Origin: a virus
Strand: one strand, 5' to 3'
Virus record (IMG/VR): IMGVR_UViG_3300037524_002067
Location: 1-64,000 of that record
Length of the DNA stretch: 64,000 bases
Shown piece by piece: positions 1-10,642 of the stretch. Position 1 is the stretch's first letter; each line of letters begins with the position of its first letter. The position numbers were made by a program, and so were the translations under genes. The notes beneath the pieces were generated by a model, which ran no database searches, was not told where the DNA came from, and worked only from the letters and a program-made list of their open reading frames with translations.

Positions 1-16
1 ATTCAATTTAATTTTG

Positions 17-112
17 TGGGGGAGTTTGGAATCGAACCAAGTGAGAAGTAACTTAAACAAGTGGCCTTCGAAGTGAAGAAGGAAATTTTGTAAGTAAAAA
101 CCCTTCTCCCCC
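17..112 (-). ncRNA. Y-RNA(Yrl)-like / tRNA-like RNA lacking a D arm
   Basis: Acceptor GGGGGAG/CTCCCCC-A, T arm TTGG-TTCGATT-CCAA, and internal GGCCACTTG...TTACTTCT motif shared with 219-350, 27017-27163 and 53557-53638. Confidence 0.55.
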
Positions 113-138
113 AATATTTTTATTTCAATGAACTTTTG

Positions 139-214
139 TGTGATCTATCGGAATCGAACCGATGTCAAGACCTGCCTCTTCAGGGCAGCGCTAAACCGTC
201 TCAGCTAAGATCAC
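139..214 (-). tRNA. tRNA-Phe(GAA)
   Basis: Cloverleaf; anticodon arm CTGCC-CTGAAGA-GGCAG. Confidence 0.85.
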
Positions 215-218
215 ATAG

Positions 219-350
219 TGGGGAAGGCATGGATTCGAACCAGCGACACAAAGTTTTTCAATAGAAGTATCTTAACAAGTGGCCTCCGTCAAGCGGATGT
301 AATTTTGCAAGTCATTACGACTTTTGCTCTACCAACTGAGCTACTTCCCC
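219..350 (-). ncRNA. tRNA-shaped Y-RNA-like RNA (anticodon arm replaced by a ~65 nt domain)
   Basis: Canonical acceptor, D (GCTC-AGTTGGTA-GAGC) and T arms; insert carries GGCCACTTG...ATACTTCT. Confidence 0.6.
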
Positions 351-357
351 AATTTTT

Positions 358-858
358 TTATTTCAATAAATTTCCATTATAGTTTTTAACTTCTTCTAAA
401 AAAATTTTTTCATCATGCTTTGAATGTTCTATACGATGACAATTAGAACACAACAACTCACATTTGTCAATTTCTTTTTTTATCACTATCCAACTTTTAT
501 TAGCAGCTGTTCCTATTCCAAACTCTTTATTATCATCTTTGTGATGAAATTCAAATGCTGCTACAGGACCTTTCCAATTACATCTATTACAAAATCCGCC
601 TTTATATTCTACTGCTGCAACTTTAGTTCTATATCTTCTAATTCTTGTATTACAAGAGTTACACCTTGAGCGATTTGCTTTGTTGTTTTCTATTTTGTTG
701 TTACAAATTTTACAATGAGTATAAATAAACTTTACACGATCTATAGAATATTTTTTAACCAACTTGCCAACAGTAGTTCTATGACATCCTACAATTTTAG
801 CAATTTCAGAATCATTTAAGCCCTCATTAATGTATTTTACCAACTCTTCTTTTTTCAT
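358..858 (-). CDS. HTH + HNH homing-type endonuclease
   Basis: N-terminal HTH (EIAKIVGCHRTTV); CxxC, EFHH and LCSNCH motifs. Confidence 0.85.
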   Translation of the reverse strand: MKKEELVKYINEGLNDSEIAKIVGCHRTTVGKLVKKYSIDRVKFIYTHCKICNNKIENNKANRSRCNSCNTRIRRYRTKVAAVEYKGGFCNRCNWKGPVAAFEFHHKDDNKEFGIGTAANKSWIVIKKEIDKCELLCSNCHRIEHSKHDEKIFLEEVKNYNGNLLK

Positions 859-945
859 AAGTTTTTATTAATAAATACTTATAAAAATTCTCTTTTGGTA
901 ACACATATAATGAGTTACTATAATTTTATCAAAGAACGTATCTTG

Positions 946-1018
946 TGGAAGGGGTCGGACTCGAACCGACATCACCAGATTTTCAGTCTGGCGCATTGAC
1001 CATCTTTGCTACCCCTCC
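946..1018 (-). tRNA. tRNA-Phe(GAA)
   Basis: Cloverleaf; CCAGA-CTGAAAA-TCTGG. Confidence 0.9.
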
Positions 1019-1143
1019 AAAATGCCTGAGATTCTCGCCCCAGGGCTTTATAACCGACTTCAGGCGTTCCTTCCTGATGATACCTGTAAATTCAGGTCTG
1101 CGATGCGCTCCTCTTTTCAATCGAGGGATGCGTTACGGGATTG

Positions 1144-1227
1144 TGTGACAGATCTGACTCGAACAGATGTCTCTGGTTTTTCAGACCAAGCGCTACAGGA
1201 TTTCTCCACCACCTCAGCTACTGCCAC
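1144..1227 (-). tRNA. tRNA-Phe(GAA) with expanded D loop
   Basis: Acceptor GTGGCAG/CTGTCAC, loop CTGAAAA, D loop about 10 nt longer than usual. Confidence 0.7.
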
Positions 1228-1351
1228 ATTTTAAAACATTGTGGGTTAGTTCTAACCTAACACGGACAATTGGGATCACCCACTCTGCCCTTTATGGATT
1301 CATCGTATTATCATTTGCATCCACAATGTTTTCAACAAAAAAAAAGAACAT

Positions 1352-1381
1352 AAAAAAACCCCGACTTTTTTGGTCGGGGTT
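1352..1381 (-). terminator. Attenuator terminator of tRNA array 1
   Basis: AACCCCGAC-CAAAAAA-GTCGGGGTT followed by a U tract. Confidence 0.85.
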
Positions 1382-1407
1382 CAAGTTTAAATTTCCTTAC
1401 AACGAAA

Positions 1408-1515
1408 TTAATTCATGACATACCCGACCTGGCTACTAAATAGCACAAACAACACTTGCACCAAAAAGAGTGCACGTAAGCTGCGAAGGTTAGATATGTT
1501 AGAATAATTTTTCAT
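1408..1515 (-). CDS. Attenuator leader peptide 1 (MKNYSNISNLRSLRALFLVQVLFVLFSSQVGYVMN)
   Basis: 35-aa ORF between promoter and terminator; GGTCGGGT in the ORF is complementary to the terminator 5' arm. Confidence 0.75.
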   Translation of the reverse strand: MKNYSNISNLRSLRALFLVQVLFVLFSSQVGYVMN

Positions 1516-1553
1516 TTGTTATAAATATACGTAAAAATTTGTTTTTCGATATT

Positions 1554-1582
1554 TTATACGTACAAAGGTAATATAAGTTTCA
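1554..1582 (-). promoter_or_regulatory. Composite promoter: TGAAAC-N16-CGTA with nested Bacteroidota -7 element TACCTTTG
   Basis: Same arrangement at 28950-28978 and 55032-55060. Confidence 0.7.
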
Positions 1583-2374
1583 GGTATTTGCAAGTTTATT
1601 TTTGAAATTTGACTTAAAGTGCTGAAAATCAATTTAAAAAATTTATTTAGTTTCCCAAAAATGATAGCATTTTAAGCAAGTGTACAAGGTGTAATATTCA
1701 CCATAGCTCATCAATTTACCTGGAACATGAGGTCCATTCACTCTTCTCATACGCTTTTCTATTCTCACATCCGATGATCCACATTTATGACAAGTTTTTT
1801 TATCTAACTCTTTTTCTTCTTGTTCAATCTTTCTAACTGCTTCACCCCAAGTGCAACGTTCCTTGAACATTACAAGCAATACCAATAATGTGTTCATATT
1901 TTACCCTCCTGTATTTCTTTTACAAAGTTTTCAAAATGCAAAATCAATGCTGGGTGATATCCATTTACAAGAAAAGGTGTTTGATTCACCTGATTCATTA
2001 TAACTGTTTTTGGATCAATATTCCAGATCTCATCCAATTTATGCACATTGTCTTTAAATTTCCCCTCAAGGTATATTTTAAAATCCTCACCTGCTTCAAT
2101 GAGTGTTTCATTAGATTCAGATCCTAAACTTGGATAATTAGCTCTGATAAAGTGTGGAAAATATTCTGTATTCATGTATTTTATTTTTTAAACTCTATTG
2201 TATCAACTTTCCACTCGACACATTCTTGTACAAAAAGTGGACCATAAAATTTATGAACCAATTCTTCTTTTACACAAACTTTTTTTGTCGTATAAAGTTT
2301 ATCATTAATTAAAAAAGTGTCTGGCTCAGACTTACAAGAACAAACAAATAGGACGATTATAAACAAAAACCTAT

Positions 2375-2674
2375 TCACTTTTTTCTATTATGTGTTTCGT
2401 TTCGATCATAAAAATCGCAAGGTTTTTTCTTAACCCACTCAATAAATTTTTGTATTTCTGGATGGACTTTTATTTTTTCTGGATCATTAAAATCTTTTTC
2501 AAGCTCTTTATTTGTCCAGATTGAATGCACTTTACGGTGGCAAATTTTGTGTAAAAACTCTGTTTCTTTTCCGCCACGAGATTTTGGAACCATATGATGC
2601 CTATCAATTGATGGGCCCTTCCACATATCTCTTTCACAAATTGGGCATTTATCTATAACAACTGGTTCACTCAT
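2375..2674 (-). CDS. Small HNH endonuclease
   Basis: CPIC, HHMVPKSRGG and HKICHRKVH motifs. Confidence 0.8.
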   Translation of the reverse strand: MSEPVVIDKCPICERDMWKGPSIDRHHMVPKSRGGKETEFLHKICHRKVHSIWTNKELEKDFNDPEKIKVHPEIQKFIEWVKKKPCDFYDRNETHNRKK

Positions 2675-3409
2675 AAGACTAAATTATTTATCAAACTTAA
2701 TTTTTAAGCCATGTGTTTCTTTAACCCTATCCAGTGGTGCCAATTTAAAAAACTTTGCAACATCAGCAGGATCTTCAAAAATCTCTGAAGTCCACCAAGT
2801 GTTTTTACCAAAAGAAATTTCATACACAGGTTCATTCTCTGTGTATCTCTTACCAGTCACAAGTCCAGCAACAATTCTGGCACCCCACATACCATTGTCG
2901 ATTATACCATATCGTGGTTGACCAATATGCTTATCTTCATTCATTTCTTTTTTAGTTTTTTACGCAATGAATCAATAGCTGGCTTCATATCTTTTATAAG
3001 CCAACGTTCAATATCTTTTGGGGAATAATTTTTATTACCCTCAAGCGATTCCCATGCCTCAATTAATTTTTTAACCTCTTTTCTCAATCGTAAATCTCTT
3101 TTGTCATTATGATTATAATATCTCCACGAACACTTAAACTTCGTCCGAATTGTTTTCCATCAAGCGCAACAGATACAGATTGACTCATTAAGTGTTGAAC
3201 CTGGAAGCCCTCTTTGATTTTTGCATCCATCCAGGTTTTTGCATAACTGGCTGTGTTGCATACAAAAGTTATTGTTTCAATCTTTTTGGTTTTTTGCTTT
3301 GCTGGAGTGCCAGACATAATGAGAACAACCAACAATACACTACCTATAAAAGCTACGGAATAAATAATTGCCTTTTTCATGATTCTATATGGATTATACG
3401 CAAAAAAAA

Positions 3410-4231
3410 TTAAATAGTTTCATATGGAACTGGTTCAATTCTTTTAATTGGTGCGTCATTTTGAAAATCGGTCTCAGCCAAAGCTTTTGTATCAATATAA
3501 GTGTCGTTGTTCAATTCATGACCTTTCATTTCTACATATCTGTATTTTCTTTTTTGGAGAAATTCTGGTACATTTTCGCCAAGCTCTATGTGTTCCAAAT
3601 AATACTTTCTGGTCATTGGCCCAGTGTGTTCATAAATGAAAGTGTGATCTACAGGGACCATACCGCCAACTTTTGGGGCTTTTCCATCATGAGCATCCAT
3701 TGTTGGAAAATAAATGAATCTACCACCACCAAATGGCTTGTATTCAAAAGCAATTGGTTGAGAAGATGAGGTTTCGTTTGTATCAAAAAAACAAACCGCA
3801 AAAGACCAACCAGCATATTTTTCTTGAAAAAAACTTTGTAATTCTTCTGAAATTTCAGGTCGTTTTTCCTCTGGAAATTCTGCTATGGCTTTTTTTACAT
3901 CATCAAAGTTTTTAGTTAAAACAATATCGTAAATTCCAAGTTTAAATCTTTCAACACTTAAACCTTTTGACAAAAACCCTCTTGATCTCATTCCGCACCA
4001 TTCATCCCACTCAGCTTTCTTGATAATGTCGTCAAGAAAATTTTTATAGTTTTCTGTGTTATGAAATAACGATTGTGTTGTTTCACCTGGAATCGGTAAA
4101 ATCATTGCATTTGGCTTTCCAGATTCATTTTTTACACTGTTGCTATAAGCAATAAAATGGTTTCCGTTCTCTAAAGGAAGAGATAGAATTTTTGTCTTTG
4201 ACAATGCGGCGGTGTTAACTGTGATGCACAT
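3410..4231 (-). CDS. Hypothetical protein
   Basis: 273-aa ORF in the co-oriented gene string; no function recognised. Confidence 0.6.
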   Translation of the reverse strand: MCITVNTAALSKTKILSLPLENGNHFIAYSNSVKNESGKPNAMILPIPGETTQSLFHNTENYKNFLDDIIKKAEWDEWCGMRSRGFLSKGLSVERFKLGIYDIVLTKNFDDVKKAIAEFPEEKRPEISEELQSFFQEKYAGWSFAVCFFDTNETSSSQPIAFEYKPFGGGRFIYFPTMDAHDGKAPKVGGMVPVDHTFIYEHTGPMTRKYYLEHIELGENVPEFLQKRKYRYVEMKGHELNNDTYIDTKALAETDFQNDAPIKRIEPVPYETI

Positions 4232-4718
4232 ATTTTTTTACTTTTTTTTACATATCAAAATCATCTATACAAGGACCCCCAGGCCACATCTGAGTGTGAA
4301 AAGGATCCACTTTACCACCTGGGTGGTTCCATTCGTCATACTTACACTTGCACATGCCATTGTGATAATTTTTACCATCACACATAGGGTTGTGCCCTGG
4401 TAAATATGGATAGCCATCATTTTCACTTCGCATATATGGCAATTCTTCTAATGATGGTCGTCCATATTCCTTTGCGTAATCACTAGGAAGTGGTCTACCA
4501 GTTAATTCCTCATACTGATCTAGTAATTTGTTTTCAATTAGAGCGGTAATAAATATTTTTTCATTTTCAGGTAATTGACATATCCAATTACGCACTTGGT
4601 TCGGATCATAATCCAATAAATCTTTACCATTTAATTTAATACCACATTTTAGTGGTGGTCCTTTATAAAGCATGACTTATTTTTTTTGATTAATATATTT
4701 TGGTAATTATATACTTAT

Positions 4719-4991
4719 TTACACTAATTCAAAATTTTTGAAAAAATCTTCAGCAATTATTCTCTTGCTATCAACATATACGTATTCAGAAAAGCAAGAA
4801 GTTAATATATCACCCTTAATTTCAATTAATACATTATAAGTTTTATCGCCCTCAAAGACATCATTATCATATAATGTTATATCTTTAAGGCACTTTGCAG
4901 TTGTTTTAATTATTTTCTCCACTTTACGACTTGTTAAATCAATTTTTATACTTTCTTTTTTATTTTCCATAAATTTATATTTTAATAGCAC
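4719..4991 (-). CDS. Hypothetical passenger protein
   Basis: ORF ending inside the left TIR. Confidence 0.5.
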   Translation of the reverse strand: MLLKYKFMENKKESIKIDLTSRKVEKIIKTTAKCLKDITLYDNDVFEGDKTYNVLIEIKGDILTSCFSEYVYVDSKRIIAEDFFKNFELV

Positions 4992-7900
4992 TAATATAGC
5001 TAAATTTTACTCCATTATCAATAGTTCCAACTATTTTAAATCCATTATGGATTAATTTGTTTACTATTTCGTTTTCGTCACCAAGCTCAAATAAAGGCTC
5101 TGCAATATAAATCATTCCCTTACGATTTAAAACCCTATAAGCTTCTCTTATGTAGTCTTCATAATTTGGTCCCCACAAAGCCAAACTAAATACACATACA
5201 TCAACACTTTTATCTTCCACATATGAACTTATATCTCTCATATCACAAGCTATTACTGTTTCATCAGCTGCTACGTGGTCAAAAGATATAACCTTATTGT
5301 CTGGAACACATGATTTAAATTCATTCATCCCACAACCAAAATCAATAATAACATCATTTTTCTCAGTTATTTTTTCGGCAATTTTCTTATATGGAATTTC
5401 TTCCCAATCTTTTATTGATTCTTTACGTAATGAATGATAGTGATGCCAAGAGTCTGGATTATCAATGAATTTTTTATTCATATTTTTTGACAACATGGTC
5501 TTACCAAGTCTATTGAATTCACTTAATTCTGACTCTATTTTTTGCCTACGAACTTCCTCATCAGTAATATCTGGATATAATCTGGTTTCTAATTCTTCAC
5601 GCTCTACTGTTAAGAATTCATTTTCTTTTAAACGTTTTAGCCATTCATCGAGATTGCTATTAGCATCTTTTTCTAACTTTTCTCTCTTAGGCATTAGTTT
5701 TTCTGGAATAATACCGTCTACAGCAGCATTAGCTATTGTGGCCTTATACATAACTTTTTCATATCTATCTTCGTCCCAATTAAAAGACTTTTTATCGTTA
5801 GAAATAGAAACAAGCGGAATAATAACATCCATTTCCTTGAAATTGGAACCTTTACGATTTACACGTTTTTCTAATTGATATAATTCCGCATTAGTCCAAG
5901 GTAACGAAAGTATAATTTCCCTATCAGATACTTTTTGTAAACCATCAACACCAGTTCCTATTGGTCGTGACCCAAGAAATACATCATACTTACCAGCAAT
6001 AAAATCAGAAATTGCTGGTTCTCTACTAAATTTAGCCGTACCGCCAGTATATACACCAACTTTAAAACCTAAGTTAGTCAAAAACTTATATATTCTTTCT
6101 TCCATACCAGAAACATAGTGAGTATAAATAACTGTTCTACCAATAGAAGTATTTATATATGGAACAATGGCCTCAAGTTTTTTATCAAGAACAAGAAGTT
6201 CTTTTGATGTAACGTCATCTTTATCAACTAAAGAAGCTTCCCCAAATAACTCATCAGCATTAACATTAATTATTGTGTGTTTATTGTCTTTTAATATATT
6301 GTCTTCGACATTTTTATGACGAATACCATAAGTAACCAATCTTCTAAATAGCTCTATACAATTAGAAATAGTTGCTCTGGTATTTACGTCATCTAATTTT
6401 CTAAATGTAATAAGTTCCAATAAGGATTTTGCTTCAGTTAAATCATTTATGACAGGTGTAGCTGACATTGCCAGTAAATAATAATCTGGATTTAATTTTC
6501 TAACTTCACCTATTAAACCAAGAATAACTTCTCTACGCTTACTTTCATCTCCATCACCACGTTGTTTTATACTATGAACTTCATCCAAAATTATGTAATC
6601 AAATTTATTTCTTTCCAATAAAGAAATAGCATAATTTGCAGCACCTTTTTGTTGAAAAGTTTCATAATTAAGAATAAGATAATTATGGTCTTTATCTTTA
6701 AACTTAATATTCTTCTGAAGTTTTGTATATATTTGCGTATCTGGAAATGCTTCTTTTATTTCTTTAGTCCAACCTCTGGTGTCAGATGTTCCTATTGTGG
6801 AATTAAATGTAATTACTAACACATTCTTTGCACCGATATATCTTCCAGCTAAAACAGCACCAATTGTTTTACCAGCACCAGCACCAGACCAATTCCCATA
6901 TCTCTTATTGGCTTTTAGTTTATAAGATATTAATTTTTGCATTAATAGAGGCTTATGAGGATATTCCCACCCTTTTGGTAGAGCCATATTCATAACTTCA
7001 TTATGCTCGCTTAAGAAGCGGTCTTTAATTGTATTTGGTAATGATTTATTTAAAACTAAATTCTCTATTTTGGTAACATCTAATTTTTCAGCCAATGTAT
7101 CATACCAAAGATTATTAATAGAATCATTAATTAAAAATTGAATTCTTTCATCATCTAATGATGCTGTAATAACATCATTATCCAATTCTTTTAATTGCTT
7201 AATATGAATCTCAGTGCTATCACATACTTTCTCTTTTTCATTTTCTTCATTTAGTAGTTCCTTTTCTTCTGACTCTGTTAATTCGTTCTCAATATCAGTG
7301 TGTATATGTTCAATCTCATCATCTGTTTTAGCAGTTATTTCTTTGATAATTTCTGCTGTCACATTTTCTCTTTCTTCAGAACCAGGCTCTGATTCTTGAA
7401 GTTTCTTTAATTGTTGTTTATTGATAAAATTGTATAAACCATTACTTTCAATAATAGTTAAAAGAACTGGAACTGAACATACATGAATAAAATTCTTTGT
7501 TTGTTCTAAATAAGAAATAAGAGCATTCTTAGACCATAAATGATTTCCAGTACCCAATGTGCCAATAAAATCAGCCAAACACTGCCATCCGTTATTTTTA
7601 TAAACTCTTTCTGGAGATGATGGAATATTATCTGGTTTATTACCAGAATTACAATAGTCAATCCACTCTTTATGTGATTTTAAACCAAGTTTTTGTATAA
7701 AAGTTTTCGCCTCTTCAAATGGTAAAAATAACTGTTCTATTTTTAATTGGTCAGCAATTCTACCTGTACCTAACCAATCACCAGCAGATATATATTGACC
7801 TTTATATTGCACCTCTGGTGATGCTGGTATGTTAAAAGGTTTATTTCCACTATTACAATACACTAACCATTCTGCTAAACTTTTCAATTTAAGACTATGT

Positions 7901-9306
7901 ACAATTTCTCTCGCTGTTTCAAATGGTAAATAACTTCCATCCCAACCTTTTGTTGTTCCAACCCAATCACCCATTGATAACCACCCGTCATTTTTGTAGG
8001 TATTGTTAGGGTTTGCTGGTATATTATTAGGTCGATTTTCTTTCCACCAAGATTTGTATTCATCAAAACTTTTTAAATTAAGTGTCCATACAAAAGCTCT
8101 TGCTTCTTTAAATGGTAAATATGTTTTTAATTGAGTTGCAACAACATTATTTCCCAACCAATCACCCATTGATACCCAACCTTTATCTTTGTAAATTTTA
8201 GCAGCATCAATTGGAACATTATGTGGTAATGTATTTGTTTTGTAATAATTCCTCCATTCAGTACCAGATTTTAAATTTAAACTACGTACATATTCTCTGG
8301 CTTCTTCAAAGCTTAACCAAGTTCCATCAAATCCAACTTTAGTACCCAAGAAATCATTCATTGAAATGAAACCAGAATCTTTATAAACTCTTCTAACATC
8401 AACTGGTATATTATTTGGACACTTATCTGTTTTACAAAAATTTTGCCACTCAGTATTTGACTTTAATTTTAATGAACGAACAAAAGAACGTGCTTTTTCA
8501 AATTCCATCCAAGTCCCATCAAACACAATTTTTGTACCAAGCCAATCTTGTGTAGAAATCCATCCTTTATTTTTATAAACACGTTCTGGCGTTACTGGTA
8601 TATTAAAAGGTTTTTTTCCAGATTTACAATAAGTTCTCCAGTCTTTTATATCTTTTAATTTCAAGTTTCTAACAAATGTTCTTGCATCTTCAAATGATAA
8701 ATACTCTCCATCCCAATCAATACCTAACCAATCATTAAAAGAAATCCACCCTTTATCTTTATAGGTTTTTTCTGGTATTGAAGGTATATTTTTGGGTTTT
8801 AAAGTTTTAGAATATTTCACCCATTCTGTTCTATTTTTGAGTGATTTATTTCTAACAATTTTCCTTGCTTCTTCAAATGATAAAAATTGTTTTTTGATAT
8901 CATGATTACTTATGGTATTTGAACCGAGCCAATCATTTAATGAAATCCATCCTTTATTTTTATAAACACGTTCTGGAGATGATGGAATATTATTGGGTAA
9001 CTTTTTACTTTTTAAAAATAATTGCCATTCTTTTTGATTGTTTAATTTTAGTGTATGTATATATTTTCGTGCTTCATCGTAATTAAGATAAACTCTGTTA
9101 AAGGTAGCAATATTTTTTGAACCTAAAAAATCAGCCCATGATAACCACCCATTGTTTTTATAAAACACATCTGGTGCTTTAGGTATTTTAGAATTATATT
9201 CTTTACTTTTACAATATTTTCTCCAGTCTATTGAATATGATTTAAAGCCAAACGTTCTAACGATTTTCTTCGCTTCTTCAAATGATAAGAAATCACTTTT
9301 ACTCAT
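4975..9306 (-). CDS. Repeat domain + SF2 helicase + SAM-dependent methyltransferase fusion
   Basis: Nine ~63-aa repeats (FEEAR..LKS..EW..P.NIP..P..YK..GW..DWLG); GAGAGKT, DEVH, SAT helicase motifs; C-terminal DFGCG...VFSLALWG (Rrp8-like MTase). Confidence 0.85.
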   Translation of the reverse strand: MSKSDFLSFEEAKKIVRTFGFKSYSIDWRKYCKSKEYNSKIPKAPDVFYKNNGWLSWADFLGSKNIATFNRVYLNYDEARKYIHTLKLNNQKEWQLFLKSKKLPNNIPSSPERVYKNKGWISLNDWLGSNTISNHDIKKQFLSFEEARKIVRNKSLKNRTEWVKYSKTLKPKNIPSIPEKTYKDKGWISFNDWLGIDWDGEYLSFEDARTFVRNLKLKDIKDWRTYCKSGKKPFNIPVTPERVYKNKGWISTQDWLGTKIVFDGTWMEFEKARSFVRSLKLKSNTEWQNFCKTDKCPNNIPVDVRRVYKDSGFISMNDFLGTKVGFDGTWLSFEEAREYVRSLNLKSGTEWRNYYKTNTLPHNVPIDAAKIYKDKGWVSMGDWLGNNVVATQLKTYLPFKEARAFVWTLNLKSFDEYKSWWKENRPNNIPANPNNTYKNDGWLSMGDWVGTTKGWDGSYLPFETAREIVHSLKLKSLAEWLVYCNSGNKPFNIPASPEVQYKGQYISAGDWLGTGRIADQLKIEQLFLPFEEAKTFIQKLGLKSHKEWIDYCNSGNKPDNIPSSPERVYKNNGWQCLADFIGTLGTGNHLWSKNALISYLEQTKNFIHVCSVPVLLTIIESNGLYNFINKQQLKKLQESEPGSEERENVTAEIIKEITAKTDDEIEHIHTDIENELTESEEKELLNEENEKEKVCDSTEIHIKQLKELDNDVITASLDDERIQFLINDSINNLWYDTLAEKLDVTKIENLVLNKSLPNTIKDRFLSEHNEVMNMALPKGWEYPHKPLLMQKLISYKLKANKRYGNWSGAGAGKTIGAVLAGRYIGAKNVLVITFNSTIGTSDTRGWTKEIKEAFPDTQIYTKLQKNIKFKDKDHNYLILNYETFQQKGAANYAISLLERNKFDYIILDEVHSIKQRGDGDESKRREVILGLIGEVRKLNPDYYLLAMSATPVINDLTEAKSLLELITFRKLDDVNTRATISNCIELFRRLVTYGIRHKNVEDNILKDNKHTIINVNADELFGEASLVDKDDVTSKELLVLDKKLEAIVPYINTSIGRTVIYTHYVSGMEERIYKFLTNLGFKVGVYTGGTAKFSREPAISDFIAGKYDVFLGSRPIGTGVDGLQKVSDREIILSLPWTNAELYQLEKRVNRKGSNFKEMDVIIPLVSISNDKKSFNWDEDRYEKVMYKATIANAAVDGIIPEKLMPKREKLEKDANSNLDEWLKRLKENEFLTVEREELETRLYPDITDEEVRRQKIESELSEFNRLGKTMLSKNMNKKFIDNPDSWHHYHSLRKESIKDWEEIPYKKIAEKITEKNDVIIDFGCGMNEFKSCVPDNKVISFDHVAADETVIACDMRDISSYVEDKSVDVCVFSLALWGPNYEDYIREAYRVLNRKGMIYIAEPLFELGDENEIVNKLIHNGFKIVGTIDNGVKFSYISAIKI

Positions 9307-9316
9307 ATATTTGTAT

Positions 9317-9547
9317 TTATTTCTTTTTTATAATTGTTTTTAACGCATCATTGAAGTCGATTTCAACTTCATTAAAAATGTCGTCCTGTAATTCTTTTAA
9401 AATCATTTTAAGCTTTACCAGCTCCGCATCACTGAACTGAGTCGTATGCTTTGATGATAATTTATTGCAGAATGTACCAAGAGGCATATTCATTTTTTTC
9501 GCCAGTAAACCCTTGTTGAGTTTCCATTTATTTATGAGTTTTTCCAT
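9317..9547 (-). CDS. Small HTH DNA-binding protein
   Basis: LAKKMNMPLGTFCNKL HTH-like segment. Confidence 0.6.
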   Translation of the reverse strand: MEKLINKWKLNKGLLAKKMNMPLGTFCNKLSSKHTTQFSDAELVKLKMILKELQDDIFNEVEIDFNDALKTIIKKK

Positions 9548-9590
9548 AGTGCAAAAATACTCATAATTTTTGATATTTGCAACTAAACTT

Positions 9591-10547
9591 TTAGCAATCC
9601 AGCACCAAATCCTTATATTTTATCTGGATAGAAATATTTCTAAGAAATCTATTAAATCTCTCGACTCCTGTCTCCATTCTTGTATTGTATCTAAATACAA
9701 ATTCATCAACATACCTCTGTAAATGCTTTTTACTGATGGTATGGTACACGCCAGATAATCCACGTTTCAATAATGACCAGAAGCCTTCCAAAGTGTTCGT
9801 ATGCACGTCACCTTGAACGTACTCACCAGTGTTATGTCTTACAAACTTATGGTCAAAGGTCTTAGATAATCCCTTGTATCCTTTCCATTCATCTGTATTT
9901 ATTCTACTGCCCTCTTCCAAATGTTTATTAATGAATATTTGTAGGTGCTTTCTGGTAGTGTTCGGGACAACCTCTGCTCTCAATTCGCCATCACGTTCTA
10001 TAATACCTACAATGGGAATTTTTGTTTTCACACTACGTCCTTGTGTACCAAAGATTCTTTTGTTTTTATGTTTGTTCTTTTCTTTACCGCCAATATATGT
10101 TTCATCAGCTTCGCATGTGCCTGTCAACTTATCTTTACCTGTATTTAAGCCAAACGCTGCTCTTATACGCTGTAACATAAACCAAGCAGTCTTCTGAGTA
10201 ACACCAAGGTCTTTGCTTAATTGTGTAGATGACATTCCTTTTTTATGAGATGTAACAATATAAATCGCAGCAAACCATTTCTGTAAAGATATCTTTGAGT
10301 CTTCAAAGATGGTTCCTACACGAACACTGTATATTCTTTCGCAGTTAACACATTTATATCTGCCTTTGCATTTATAAACTTTATCATGCTGACACTCAAG
10401 ATAAGGACAAGTAAGTTTACCTTCCCATCTAATCTTCTCCAGATACTTTTTACAAGTATCTTCTTTTTTAAAGTAAGTGAGCAATTCAAGTAGTGTATTA
10501 AATTTTTGTAGCTGAATCATATTATTCTGTTTATAAATAAATATCAC
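9591..10547 (-). CDS. IS1595-family DDE transposase
   Basis: Zn ribbon, EADETYIGG, TDEWKGY, HTNTLEGFWSLLKR and YVDEFVFRYN. Confidence 0.95.
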   Translation of the reverse strand: MIFIYKQNNMIQLQKFNTLLELLTYFKKEDTCKKYLEKIRWEGKLTCPYLECQHDKVYKCKGRYKCVNCERIYSVRVGTIFEDSKISLQKWFAAIYIVTSHKKGMSSTQLSKDLGVTQKTAWFMLQRIRAAFGLNTGKDKLTGTCEADETYIGGKEKNKHKNKRIFGTQGRSVKTKIPIVGIIERDGELRAEVVPNTTRKHLQIFINKHLEEGSRINTDEWKGYKGLSKTFDHKFVRHNTGEYVQGDVHTNTLEGFWSLLKRGLSGVYHTISKKHLQRYVDEFVFRYNTRMETGVERFNRFLRNISIQIKYKDLVLDC

Positions 10548-10642
10548 AGAATAATTGAAATGAATTATTTTATATTAAAATACTATGTAAATCATTGATT
10601 TTCAATATAATAAAGATTTATCTTGTATAAATAGATATATAG

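Noticed and set aside
1070-1105. Hammerhead ribozyme (CTGATGA on + strand)
   Set aside because: No GAAA follows the stem, and it is antisense to the operon.
7500-9306. CRISPR array or DNA tandem repeat
   Set aside because: The repeats are in-frame protein repeats of the 1443-aa ORF. No repeat-spacer array was seen anywhere in the window.
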